From Thermoplasmata archaeon (GTDB lineage Archaea; Thermoplasmatota; Thermoplasmata; Lutacidiplasmatales; UBA184), in assembly GCA_027315165.1 (NCBI GenBank), contig DAHUYN010000003.1, positions 95,846-159,845 of the forward strand: a stretch of DNA of 64,000 bases, read 5' to 3'. The notes under the pieces are model-generated. The model had not been told where the DNA came from, did no database searches, and was given only the letters and a program-made list of their open reading frames with translations. Position numbers and translations under genes: made by a program. Every line of letters begins with the position of its first letter. Position 1 is the stretch's first letter. This document shows positions 1 through 8,857 of the stretch, piece by piece.

Positions 1-1
1 C

Positions 2-2005
2 GAGACGGAGCTCGTCCCCCAGGGGGACCAACCGAAGGCGATCGACGAGGTCGTTCGGCGCGTGGGCTCGGGGGAGAAGTTCGTGACCCTCCTCGGGGTC
101 ACCGGATCGGGGAAAACGTTCACGATGGCCCACACGGTGGCCCGGCTGCAGCGGCCGACCCTCGTGATCTCGCCCAACAAGACGCTCGCCGCGCAGCTCG
201 TGAGCGAGTTCCGGGCGCTGTTCCCCAACAACGCCGTCGAGTACTTCGTGAGCTACTACGACTACTACCAGCCCGAGGCCTACGTCCCGCAGGTCGACCT
301 CTACATCGAGAAGGACGCGCAGATCAACGAGGAGATCGAGAAGCTCCGGCACCGGGCGACCCAGGCGCTCCTCTCGCGGCGCGACGTCCTGATCGTCGCC
401 TCGGTGAGCTGCATCTTCGGCCTCGGCTCGCCCGAGGACTACGCGAGGAACGTCCTCGTGCTCTCCAAGGGCACGCACCTCACGCGAAAGGCGCTCTTGG
501 ACCAGCTCGTCCGGATGAAGTACCAGCGCAACGACGTCGAGCTGCGTCGCGGGCGCTTTCGCGTGCGCGGGGGGACGATCGACCTCGCGGGCTCGGGCGA
601 GGCGCTCCACCGGATCGTCCTCGAGGGCGACGAGGTGAGCGCGATCGTCGAGCTCGCGCCGACGACCCTCGAGGAGGTTCGCGAGGTCGACTCGCTCACC
701 GTCTTCCCGGCGACGCACTTCCTCACGGTCGACGAGCGGCTCGAGGCGATCCTGCGCGACATCACCGCCGAGAAGGAGGCCCGGGTCGCGGAGCTCGTGC
801 GACAGGAGAAGATCGTCGAGGCCCAGCGCCTGAAGGGCCGCACGGAGTACGACCTCGAGATGATCCGCGAGACCGGCTACTGCTCGGGGATCGAGAACTA
901 CGCGAGGTACTTCGCCGGCCGCAAGGCGGGCGACCCGCCCTACACGCTCCTCGACTTCTTCCCCGACGACTTCCTCGTCTTCGTCGACGAGTCGCACGTG
1001 ACGCTCCCGCAGCTCCAGGGGATGTACAAGGGGGACCGGAGCCGCAAGGACAACCTGGTCGACTTCGGCTGGCGCCTCCCCTCCTGCCGCGACAACCGGC
1101 CCCTCAAGTTCCCCGAGTTCCTCTCTCGCGTCCCCCAGCTCGTCTTCGTCTCCGCGACGCCGGGCCCGTTCGAGCGCAAGAGCTCCGACGGCGTCGTCGA
1201 GCAGATCATCCGGCCGACCGGGCTCGTCGACCCCCCCATCGAGGTCCGCCCGACGAAGGGGCACGTCGCCGATCTCGTCGAGGAGCTCAAGCAGTGCGTC
1301 GCGCGGAACGAGCGGGCCCTCGTGACGACGCTCACGAAGGCGACGGCGGAGGAGCTCTCCAGCTACCTCGCGAACCTCGGCCTCCGCGTCCGCTACCTCC
1401 ACTCGGACATCGAGACGCTCAAGCGCGTCGAGATCCTGCGAGACCTCCGCCTCGCCCGGTTCGACGTGCTCGTCGGCATCAACCTGCTCCGAGAGGGGCT
1501 CGACCTCCCCGAGGTGAGCCTCGTCGCCATCCTCGACGCCGACAAGGAGGGCTACCTGAGGAGCGAGACCTCGCTCGTCCAGACGGCCGGCCGCGCCTCG
1601 CGCAACGTGATGGGCCGGGTCGTGCTCTACGCCGACCGGACGACCGGCTCGATGGCGAGGGCGATCGAGGAGATGCGCCGGCGCCGGGAGGCGCAGATCG
1701 CCTACAACGCCGAGCACGGGATCGTCCCCGAGACGATCCGCAAGGAGGTCCGGTCGATCCTCGCGCCCGAGGAGGCCACCGGGGCCGAGGGGCTCGAGGT
1801 CGAGGGGATGGGCTCCAGGTGGAAGGAGCACCTGCCGCTGCTCCTCGCGAACCTCGAGGAGGAGATGCGTCTCGCCGCCGAGCGCCTCGACTTCGAGGAG
1901 GCGGCCCGCATCCGGGATCGGATCCGCGAGCTCGAGCGCCGGACCGGGGCCACCGCCCGCCCGAGGGCCGCGCGCCGGACGAAGGCTCCGGTGCCGCCCT
2001 CCTGA
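2..2005 (+). CDS. uvrB: Excinuclease ABC subunit B (UvrB), 5' end cut by window edge
   Basis: The frame is open from nt 2, with ETELVPQGDQPKAIDE preceding listed ORF 62..2005. It has Walker A GVTGSGKTF, the YYDYYQPEAY hairpin region, helicase motifs DESH and VSATPG, and a C-terminal UVR motif EEAARIRDRIRELE. Confidence 0.95.
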   Translation, partial: ETELVPQGDQPKAIDEVVRRVGSGEKFVTLLGVTGSGKTFTMAHTVARLQRPTLVISPNKTLAAQLVSEFRALFPNNAVEYFVSYYDYYQPEAYVPQVDLYIEKDAQINEEIEKLRHRATQALLSRRDVLIVASVSCIFGLGSPEDYARNVLVLSKGTHLTRKALLDQLVRMKYQRNDVELRRGRFRVRGGTIDLAGSGEALHRIVLEGDEVSAIVELAPTTLEEVREVDSLTVFPATHFLTVDERLEAILRDITAEKEARVAELVRQEKIVEAQRLKGRTEYDLEMIRETGYCSGIENYARYFAGRKAGDPPYTLLDFFPDDFLVFVDESHVTLPQLQGMYKGDRSRKDNLVDFGWRLPSCRDNRPLKFPEFLSRVPQLVFVSATPGPFERKSSDGVVEQIIRPTGLVDPPIEVRPTKGHVADLVEELKQCVARNERALVTTLTKATAEELSSYLANLGLRVRYLHSDIETLKRVEILRDLRLARFDVLVGINLLREGLDLPEVSLVAILDADKEGYLRSETSLVQTAGRASRNVMGRVVLYADRTTGSMARAIEEMRRRREAQIAYNAEHGIVPETIRKEVRSILAPEEATGAEGLEVEGMGSRWKEHLPLLLANLEEEMRLAAERLDFEEAARIRDRIRELERRTGATARPRAARRTKAPVPPS

Positions 2006-2041
2006 GGCCGGGGCTTTAACGGCCGGGGGCGTCCCCGACCG

Positions 2042-2860
2042 ATGCCCGCCCGAGCGCGGATCCCCCGCACGACCCCGGGCCCGGGCCTCGCCGAGCTCCG
2101 GCGTCGTGGGGCCATCACCGAGCTCTTGTTCCTCTACGCCTGCACCAACGACGAGCCGACGCAGCTCCGGCCGATCGCCGACGAGCTCGCGCTGACCGTC
2201 CAGGCGGCCTCGTACGTCTTCCGCGCGCTCCAGGCCCGCGGCCTCGCCGAGGTCGCCCAAGGCCGCTACCGGCCGACGGTCGCGGGGGTCGCCTGGCTCC
2301 ACGATGCGCTCGGGAAGCTCCGCGAGGACGTCGACGAGCGTCTCACCCGGCTCAACATCGTTCGAAGCTGCCGCGCCCTCGCGAGCGCCGACCTCGAGGC
2401 CGGCGCGACCGTTTCGCTCGAGCTCCGCGACGGCCTGCTCAATGCGGTCCCGGGACGCGGGGGCGCCTCTCGCGGCCGCGCTCGGGCCGCCGCGCGGTCG
2501 GGCGAGATCGTCGAGGTCGACCGGCTCGAGGGGATCGTGCCGATCGTGCGAGGGACCGTCCGGATCCTCGCGGTCCCGGCGCGCCGCCTGCGCGACCGGT
2601 CGCTGTCGCCGGAGCTCCGGCGGGCCCTGCGCGAGGCCGGCCCCACCCTCCTCGCGGCGCCGGGGCTCGAGGCGGTCCACCTGCTCCAGCGGATCACGGC
2701 CCGGCCCGTGGTCCGGTTCGCCGTCGCCGCGGCCTGCCGCGAGGCGTCCCACGTCGGGGTCGACTCGGTGGCCGTCGTCCTCGACGAGGAGCTGCCGCAC
2801 CTCCTCGAGCAGTTCGAGGGTCGCGACCCGCCCCCGATCGTCGTCACGACGCTCGGCTGA
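2042..2860 (+). CDS. Putative winged-helix transcriptional regulator with uncharacterised C-terminal domain
   Basis: The N-terminal segment QLRPIADELALTVQAASYVFRALQARGLAEVAQGRYRPT looks like a MarR/TrmB-type wHTH. Third-position GC is high. The exact start is uncertain. Confidence 0.6.
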   Translation: MPARARIPRTTPGPGLAELRRRGAITELLFLYACTNDEPTQLRPIADELALTVQAASYVFRALQARGLAEVAQGRYRPTVAGVAWLHDALGKLREDVDERLTRLNIVRSCRALASADLEAGATVSLELRDGLLNAVPGRGGASRGRARAAARSGEIVEVDRLEGIVPIVRGTVRILAVPARRLRDRSLSPELRRALREAGPTLLAAPGLEAVHLLQRITARPVVRFAVAAACREASHVGVDSVAVVLDEELPHLLEQFEGRDPPPIVVTTLG

Positions 2861-4139
2861 ACGCGCCCCCGAGCGCGGCGAGGAGAGCGTCGAGGTCCCG
2901 GACCGGCGTGCCTCCCTCGGCCTTGAGCCGGTCCCACAGCGCCCGCGCCCGACCGCCGGTGAAATCTCGGTCCCCGATCGTGGCGTCGCCGACCAGGAAG
3001 AGGGGGACGGCGGGGTCGCGGGGGAGGAGGTCCTCGAGGTTGCCGAGGTTGGAGGGTCCGATGGCGAACGGGGAGACGACGATCGCCCGGGCCCTCGCGA
3101 GGAGGTCGCGGTGGCGCGCCCGCACCTCGTCGCTCAGGGGAGCGAACGGGAGCTCGGCGACGTAGGCGAGGCCGAGCTCCTGCGCGGTCTCCGCGTCCGA
3201 GTCGAGGAGCGGGAGCGCCCCCGCGGTCACGGACCAGCCGTCGTCGCAGAGCCGGCGCAGGATCGGCGCGGCCGCGCCCCCTCCGCCGACGACGTGGACG
3301 GGGCCGCGCCCGAGCCCCCCGGGGGCCCGGGCGGGCGCGGCTTCGACGGTCCTCCTCGGGAACAGGTACGGCCGCGCGGTGTTCGGGTCGCGTCGGAGGA
3401 CGGCCTCGACGCCCCAGACCTCCCGCAATAGCGCCGGCTCGAGGACGGCCTCGGGGGGCCCGTCGGCGACGCGACGCCCCCGCGAGAGGACGACGATGCG
3501 GTCGGCGTAGCGGGCCGCCAGGTTGAGGTCGTGGAGGGCCGCGACCGCGAGCACGCCGCGCTCTCGCACGAGCCGGCCGACGCGCTCGAGCAGGTCCAGC
3601 TGGTGGCCGATGTCCAGGTGGGCCGTGGGCTCGTCGAGAAGCAGGACGGGGGCCTCCTGGGCGAGGGCGCGGGCGAGGAGAAGCCGCTGGCGTTCCCCTC
3701 CGCTCAGGCTCCGGACCCCGGCCCGGGCCCGGCTCTCGAGCCCCACCTCGCGCAGCGCGGTCGTGGCCGCCGCGACGTCCTCGGGTGCGTCCCGCGCGAA
3801 CGGGCGGAGGTGCGCGTAGCGTCCGTAGAGAACGTAGTCGTAGATCGGCACGTCGTCGCGGGGCGCCTCTTCCTGCGGGACCCAGGCGAGTCGCCGCGCA
3901 CGCTCGCGGGCCGTGAGGGAGGCGACCGGCCGTCCGAGGACCCGGACCTCTCCCTCGGCGGGCGGGAGCAGTCCCAGGATCGTACGGAGCAGCGTCGTCT
4001 TCCCCGAGCCGTTCGGGCCCGTGAGCGCGAGGAGCTCGCCGGGCCGGGCGAGGAGGTCGATCCCGTGCAGCACCGTGTGGGTCCCGAGACGCACGCTGAG
4101 TCCCTGGACGGAGAGCGCCGGCGGTGGGGGGCCGCTCAC
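2844..4139 (-). CDS. Fe3+-siderophore/cobalamin-type ABC importer ATPase (FepC/BtuD-like) with about 170-aa C-terminal extension
   Basis: Walker A GPNGSGKTT, signature LSGGERQR and Walker B LLLDEPTAHLD are present. The GTG start at 4139 overlaps the permease stop (GTGA). The rest of track ORF 2844..5933 is an off-frame shadow. Confidence 0.9.
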   Translation of the reverse strand: MSGPPPPALSVQGLSVRLGTHTVLHGIDLLARPGELLALTGPNGSGKTTLLRTILGLLPPAEGEVRVLGRPVASLTARERARRLAWVPQEEAPRDDVPIYDYVLYGRYAHLRPFARDAPEDVAAATTALREVGLESRARAGVRSLSGGERQRLLLARALAQEAPVLLLDEPTAHLDIGHQLDLLERVGRLVRERGVLAVAALHDLNLAARYADRIVVLSRGRRVADGPPEAVLEPALLREVWGVEAVLRRDPNTARPYLFPRRTVEAAPARAPGGLGRGPVHVVGGGGAAAPILRRLCDDGWSVTAGALPLLDSDAETAQELGLAYVAELPFAPLSDEVRARHRDLLARARAIVVSPFAIGPSNLGNLEDLLPRDPAVPLFLVGDATIGDRDFTGGRARALWDRLKAEGGTPVRDLDALLAALGGAFSRAS

Positions 4140-5224
4140 GGCGGCGACCCCATGAACTCGCCGCGCCGGTGGCGGAAGAGGAGGAAGAAGAAGAACGGCG
4201 CCCCGGCGAACGCCGTGAAGAGCCCCACGGGGAGGACGACCGACGGGACGACGAGACCCGAGAGGTCGTGGGCCGCGAGAAGGAAGGCCGCGCCGACCAG
4301 CGCGGAGGCCGGCAGGACGGCCCGGTAGTCGGAGCTCCACACGCGGCGCGCGACGTGCGGCGAGACGAGGCCGACGAACCCGATGATCCCGGTGAACGCG
4401 ACCGCGACCGCCGTCGCGAGCGAGGCGAGGAGGAGGAGCCGCGTCCGCACGCGCCGCGTGTCGACGCCGAGGCTCTGGGCGACCTCGGGGCCGAGCTGCA
4501 GCAGGTTCAGCTCTCGGCCGAGGAGGAGGAGCGGCGCGGAGGCCAGGAGGAGCCCTCCGAGCACGAGCCCGTCGCGGTCCCACGAGGCGCCGCCGACGCC
4601 GCCGAGGAGCCAGAAGCTGACCTGGATGCTCCCCTCGGCGTTGAACAGGAGGACGACCGAGAGGACGGCGGAGAGGACGTTGGCGAGCGCGACGCCGACG
4701 AGGAGGAGCGTCTCGACGCTCCCGCCGAGGAACCGCGAGGCCGCGAGGACCAGGGCCCCGGTCGCGAGACAGCCGACGAACGCGAAGACCGGGAGCGCCA
4801 CGTTCGCCTCGGCGAGACCGACCTGGAAGACGAAGAGGAACGCGGCGCCGAGCGTCCCCCCCGACGAAAGCCCGAGCAGGTACGGGTCCGCGAGCGGATT
4901 GCGGAACGTCCCCTGGAGCGTGGCCCCCGAGAGTCCCAACGCCGCGCCGGCGAGGAGCGCGAGCAGGAGCGCCGGCACCTCGCTCTCCCAGACGATCTCG
5001 GTCCAGGCCGCGCACTGCGCCGCCGAAACGCGAGCCCCGCACGGGGCCCCGGCGACCGCGCCGAAGGTGAGCTGGTGGGCCAGGATCGCCCCGACGGTCG
5101 CCGGTGGGATCGGCACGGGCCCGATGAGGGGCGAGAGCACGAAGAGCACGAGCCCGAGGCCCACCGCGACCGCGAGCCGCCGCCGGCGCGAGTGCGGCGC
5201 CCCGGGGGCGGACGGCGAGGCCAC
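4136..5224 (-). CDS. FecCD/BtuC-family ABC importer permease
   Basis: This is a 362-aa polytopic membrane protein with typical FecCD features (LLGPVPIP..., GIIGFVGLVSPHVAR). It lies between the binding protein and the ATPase. Confidence 0.9.
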   Translation of the reverse strand: MASPSAPGAPHSRRRRLAVAVGLGLVLFVLSPLIGPVPIPPATVGAILAHQLTFGAVAGAPCGARVSAAQCAAWTEIVWESEVPALLLALLAGAALGLSGATLQGTFRNPLADPYLLGLSSGGTLGAAFLFVFQVGLAEANVALPVFAFVGCLATGALVLAASRFLGGSVETLLLVGVALANVLSAVLSVVLLFNAEGSIQVSFWLLGGVGGASWDRDGLVLGGLLLASAPLLLLGRELNLLQLGPEVAQSLGVDTRRVRTRLLLLASLATAVAVAFTGIIGFVGLVSPHVARRVWSSDYRAVLPASALVGAAFLLAAHDLSGLVVPSVVLPVGLFTAFAGAPFFFFLLFRHRRGEFMGSPP

Positions 5225-5227
5225 GCC

Positions 5228-6280
5228 CTAGCCCGTCGGGTAGGTGCCGGGATGAAGCAGGTCGATGAGCAGCGGGAGTCCCTCGAGGATCATCGTCGGA
5301 TCCGGCTCGGTGAGCAGGTTCGAATCGATCCCGTAGGCGCGCCCCGCCTCGACGGCGGGGAGGTTCGCCCAGTCGGGCCCTTGCTGGTAGCTCGAGAGCT
5401 CGACGCCAAAGCCGGTGCCGTAGATGACGACCCACGGGTCGGAGTTGAGCACCTGGGGGCCCGTGAGCTCGAAGTAGGGGAGCGTCGAGTTCGCCCCGAT
5501 GCTCGAGGCGCCGACCACGTCGATGAGCGACTGCCCGAACGTCCCCGGTCCGTACGTCCAGTACCCCGGGTTCGGGCTGCCCGACGGGCTCGCGTAGTAG
5601 GTGAGCAGCAGCGTCGGGAGCGCACTGCCGGCGTTCGTGAGGTTCGTCACGATCGTCTGGGCGGTCCCGAGCACGCCCTGCAACTGGTTGACCAGCGGAG
5701 GAGCGGCCGGGCTCGCGAAGATCTCGCCGAGCAGCGAGACGTCGACGAGGATCCCTCCGAGGGTCGACGGCTGCAGGATGAGGACCGGCAGGTGGAAGGT
5801 CGTGCTCATCTCCTCGACGTCGGAGAGGCTCGTGAGCGTCGACGCGAGGACGAGGTCCGGGCTCGCGTTCAGGACCTCGTCGATGTTCACGTTCGGGCTC
5901 GCCTCGATGCAGAGGCTCTCGTTCAGGTGCCACGAGGCGATCTGCGAGGCGTTGTAGTCCTGGCTGAGCCCGCCCGCGGCGGGCGTGCCGCAGTCGACGC
6001 CGACGATCCGGCCGCCGAGGCCGAGACGGACCATCGTGTCGGTGAGGCTCGGCGCGAGGACGACAACGCGCGCGGGGTCCGTCGGGACCGCGACCGTGCG
6101 GCCGAGGTCGTCGGTGACGGAGATCGTGCCGGGCGTCGGCGGTGTCGGCCGGAGCTCGAAGTAGGCGGCCGTCGTCGCGACGGCCGCGCCGGCGGCGACG
6201 AGGAGCGCGACGGCGAACAGCGCGACCGGGACCGTTCGGCGCGGGACCGAGGCGGTGGGCTTGAGGTCGTTCAAACTCAT
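5228..6280 (-). CDS. Periplasmic-binding-protein-type (BtuF/FhuD class) substrate-binding protein, N-terminally membrane anchored
   Basis: It has an N-terminal TM segment VPVALFAVALLVAAGAAVA followed by RVVVLAPSLTDTMVRLGLGGRIVGV, typical of class III SBPs. It is the first gene of the three-gene importer operon. Confidence 0.85.
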   Translation of the reverse strand: MSLNDLKPTASVPRRTVPVALFAVALLVAAGAAVATTAAYFELRPTPPTPGTISVTDDLGRTVAVPTDPARVVVLAPSLTDTMVRLGLGGRIVGVDCGTPAAGGLSQDYNASQIASWHLNESLCIEASPNVNIDEVLNASPDLVLASTLTSLSDVEEMSTTFHLPVLILQPSTLGGILVDVSLLGEIFASPAAPPLVNQLQGVLGTAQTIVTNLTNAGSALPTLLLTYYASPSGSPNPGYWTYGPGTFGQSLIDVVGASSIGANSTLPYFELTGPQVLNSDPWVVIYGTGFGVELSSYQQGPDWANLPAVEAGRAYGIDSNLLTEPDPTMILEGLPLLIDLLHPGTYPTG

Positions 6281-6303
6281 TGGATTGTCAGCAAACAGGG
6301 TTT

Positions 6304-6311
6304 CACTTAAG
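6304..6311 (-). promoter_or_regulatory. TATA-like box (CTTAAGTG on minus strand) about 27 nt upstream of the binding-protein ATG
   Basis: An AT-rich octamer sits in otherwise GC-rich DNA. Its spacing fits an archaeal leaderless promoter. Confidence 0.35.
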
Positions 6312-6409
6312 GGTGTCGCGCGGGCCCGCCCCCGGGCCGACGTTCGGGGCCGTCGGCCCCCGCCTCGGCCCCAAAGGCTATGATGGGGGCCGCGTCCGGC
6401 TGAGGCGGA

Positions 6410-6569
6410 GGGAGCATAGGCTAATCTGGCAGACCAGCGGGCTCCAGTCAGGGCTCCGTTTTGGGGCCCTGGGATCAGGGTCTGCGGAGGGGCGCCGAGC
6501 GCCCCGATGACGAATGACTGGAGCGCGCGGAGAGACCCGCATATCGGGGTTCAAATCCCCGTGCTCCCA
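6410..6569 (+). tRNA. tRNA-Trp(CCA) with 87-nt intron at canonical 37/38 position
   Basis: Cloverleaf elements are acceptor GGGAGCA/TGCTCCC, anticodon stem GCGGG/CCCGC, anticodon CCA at 6444-6446, T arm CGGGG-TTCAAAT-CCCCG and discriminator A at 6569. Confidence 0.8.
6448..6534 (+). other. tRNA-Trp intron with bulge-helix-bulge splice motif
   Basis: CTCC (6442-6445) pairs with GGAG (6529-6532). This 4-bp helix is flanked by 3-nt bulges AG|T and AG|A at the two junctions. Internal hairpins lie at 6449-6471 and 6489-6505. Confidence 0.7.
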
Positions 6570-6877
6570 CCTCTCCTCGCTCGCGTGCCACGCGCGAGAC
6601 GTGCCACGCTTCATTCGCGACCGGCGCGGTCGGAGCCGGGCTCGCCGACGTCGGCGGGCGGAGGTTTTCGCAAGGGGTCCCTCGATGCGGCCCGGACTCC
6701 CGGTCCGGACGGCGCCTTCGTGAGCCGCTTCGGTCGAGGCCCCGCACCGACCGCGCGCCTCGTGGGCCCGCGAGGTTCCACGACAGGCGGGAATCCGACC
6801 CCCGCGTCGGACGCGGCTCGCGTCCGGTCTCCGACGCGGTACCGCTCGAGGAGCGGTGGCCCGTCCGACGTCAGCCA

Positions 6878-7246
6878 CTACGACCGCGCGTCCGGAGGGC
6901 GGTCGAGCGATCGCGCGAGCCAGACGCCGAACGAGCCAGGAACGATCGCCAGCATTGCGAGGAGGAGCGTCTCCTCCGCGAGGGCCACTCGGTATAGGGA
7001 CGGAGCATAGCTCGTACAGCTGAGCTTGTAGCAGACCCGGATCGGGTGGTCGGGAGGCCCTGCCGAGAACTGCGGGAGCACGAACAGCGCCCAAAGGATG
7101 GCGATCGCGACCGGCGTCCCGAGAAGGCCCGTTATGACGATGGCGCGGCGGTATCGAGACCTGCGGGCTCGGCGCTCCACATCCTGCCGGCGGCGGAGGC
7201 GGGCCCACGCGGCGTCGGAGTCCGGGTCGCGGAGCGAACCGGCCAT
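6878..7246 (-). CDS. Hypothetical small membrane protein
   Basis: Two hydrophobic segments are present (AIVITGLLGTPVAIAILWALFVL and LLLAMLAIVPGSFGVWLA). An AT-rich element lies about 30 nt upstream of the ATG. I recognise no homology. Confidence 0.45.
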   Translation of the reverse strand: MAGSLRDPDSDAAWARLRRRQDVERRARRSRYRRAIVITGLLGTPVAIAILWALFVLPQFSAGPPDHPIRVCYKLSCTSYAPSLYRVALAEETLLLAMLAIVPGSFGVWLARSLDRPPDARS

Positions 7247-7797
7247 CCCGCCTTGCAGACGAGGCCTCTACTTGACAATAGTCTCCGGAGCCCTCCCCGG
7301 GGGCGGTCTGCTCACGGTGGCGCCCGGGGTTCGCACGACGGCGCGGTTCCCCGGACGGTACCGGGATCGCCGTTCGGCTTCCCGGCGCCCCGTCCACGCA
7401 TCCGCCGGGCCGTCGGACCCTGCCCCGCGACGCCAAGCGATCCGCGGGGCTCGATCCGAGCGCCGAGGGCCCACGATCGGGCGGCCGACGCTCTCCGCCG
7501 TCCTACCACACGCGCGATCCCGACCCACGCCTTCCCGAGCTCGGGCGAGCGGTCTCACGCGAGTACGTCGTGCCGGGGCGCGAGCCCGATCGTACGCCCG
7601 GTCGGGCCCGGTCCGCACGCGCCAACGCGTGGGCGCGACGCGCTTGACGGAGGGCCGACCGGCCGCCGTCGCAGCTCGAGGCGGTTCCCGCGGGCCGCGA
7701 AGCACGGCACGAGTTCAGGTGAGCCGGGGCGGCTTTCCCGTGTGCCGGGGTGCGCAAATACCATATTCCCGCTCGGCTCCGCGTCTACCGTCCGCGG

Positions 7798-8496
7798 ATG
7801 AGCGAGCGGCAGAACGTCTTCCGGCCCATCCACAAGGGCATCCGTTCGATGCTCTACGCGCACGCTCGCGACCTCCAGGTGGCGGACTTCGCTGCCGTCG
7901 GGTCGTCCAACCGCCTCCTGACCGACCTTCGGAAGGACCTCGGAGACTCCCTCTCGAACTGTCTACTCTGCCTCCTGTCGGTGCACACCCGCCACGAGGA
8001 GCGGGACCTCCTCTCGAAGCTCCACCCACACGACCCGGGTGCCGTCGACCTGGTGATGAAGGAGCATGCCGCCCTGGCCGACGCGATCCGAGAGGTCGCC
8101 GCGAGGTGTGACGAGCTCCTCCGGCTGACGGAGCCTCGAGACCGCGTCGAGGCGGGCGACCGACTCCTCACCGAGGCGGACGCGCTCTTTGCCCAGTACA
8201 TGGTCCACCTCAACCACGAGGAGGACTGGGTCGTCCCCGTGATGTGGCAGTGGTTCAGCGACACGGAGCTCGACGCCATGCGGGGAGCCTTCTACAACAA
8301 TCTCCCTCCGACCCTTTTCGAGACGTGGATGCGGTGGACGCTACCGGCGCTCAACCCTCAGGAGCTCCGGACCTTCGTTCGGGGCATGTCCGACCCGAGT
8401 CCCGGGCGGCTCGCGGAGCTCCTGCGCATCGCCGAGGCAACGCTACCCCCGGAGCGGTGGGCGGTGCTTCGCGCTTCGATGAAGGGGCCCGACTGA
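7798..8496 (+). CDS. Hemerythrin-like (HHE cation-binding) domain protein
   Basis: His/Glu-rich helices match hemerythrin-like spacing (SVHTRHEERDL, VMKEHAAL, MVHLNHEED). The start was moved to the internal ATG (MSERQNVF). An AT-rich box lies about 40 nt upstream. Confidence 0.65.
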   Translation: MSERQNVFRPIHKGIRSMLYAHARDLQVADFAAVGSSNRLLTDLRKDLGDSLSNCLLCLLSVHTRHEERDLLSKLHPHDPGAVDLVMKEHAALADAIREVAARCDELLRLTEPRDRVEAGDRLLTEADALFAQYMVHLNHEEDWVVPVMWQWFSDTELDAMRGAFYNNLPPTLFETWMRWTLPALNPQELRTFVRGMSDPSPGRLAELLRIAEATLPPERWAVLRASMKGPD

Positions 8497-8857
8497 CGAG
8501 AGGCGACGCCCGCCCGCGGCCAGGCCCCGCGCGGAGAGCGGATCGGATCCCGGATCCGAGGGGAACTCATCCGCCCGGGCCCTCGGGAGGGCAGCGGACC
8601 GACGACCGTTCGCGCAACTGCGTTCGCGCCAGCCCGGAGCGGTCTCCCGCGGTCACGTATTGGCTTCGAGGAAGGTCTCGAGGGGAGTGTCGAGCGTGCT
8701 CGCCCTCCGCGTCACCGAAGCGGTGCCGTCCGCCTCGCCCACTCCTTGATGCGGCCGGTCCGCGAGCGGCGACTACGGCAATCCGCCCGCCCGCTCCTGG
8801 CGAGCCCCCCCGAGACCCGTAGAGAGCCCGCGTCGCGAGACCCATAAGTAGCTCCAC

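Noticed and set aside
4140-5933. The N-terminal 600 aa of track ORF 2844..5933.
   Set aside because: The translation is low-complexity Arg/Pro/Gly. It overlaps, off-frame, the FecCD permease and binding-protein genes on the same strand. The real ATPase starts at the GTG at 4139, coupled to the permease stop.
6281-6409. A cobalamin riboswitch upstream of the BtuF-like gene.
   Set aside because: I found no B12-box-like sequence. The spacer is short, with a TATA-like box 27 nt from the ATG, which implies a leaderless mRNA with no room for a riboswitch.
7046-8111. Long plus-strand ORFs 7046..7801 and 7098..8111 as candidate genes filling the gap upstream of the hemerythrin gene.
   Set aside because: Their translations are Pro/Arg/Gly/Ser low-complexity sequences with no hydrophobic segments. 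One overlaps the supported hemerythrin-like gene off-frame. They are kept only as part of the ORF-poor-gap observation.
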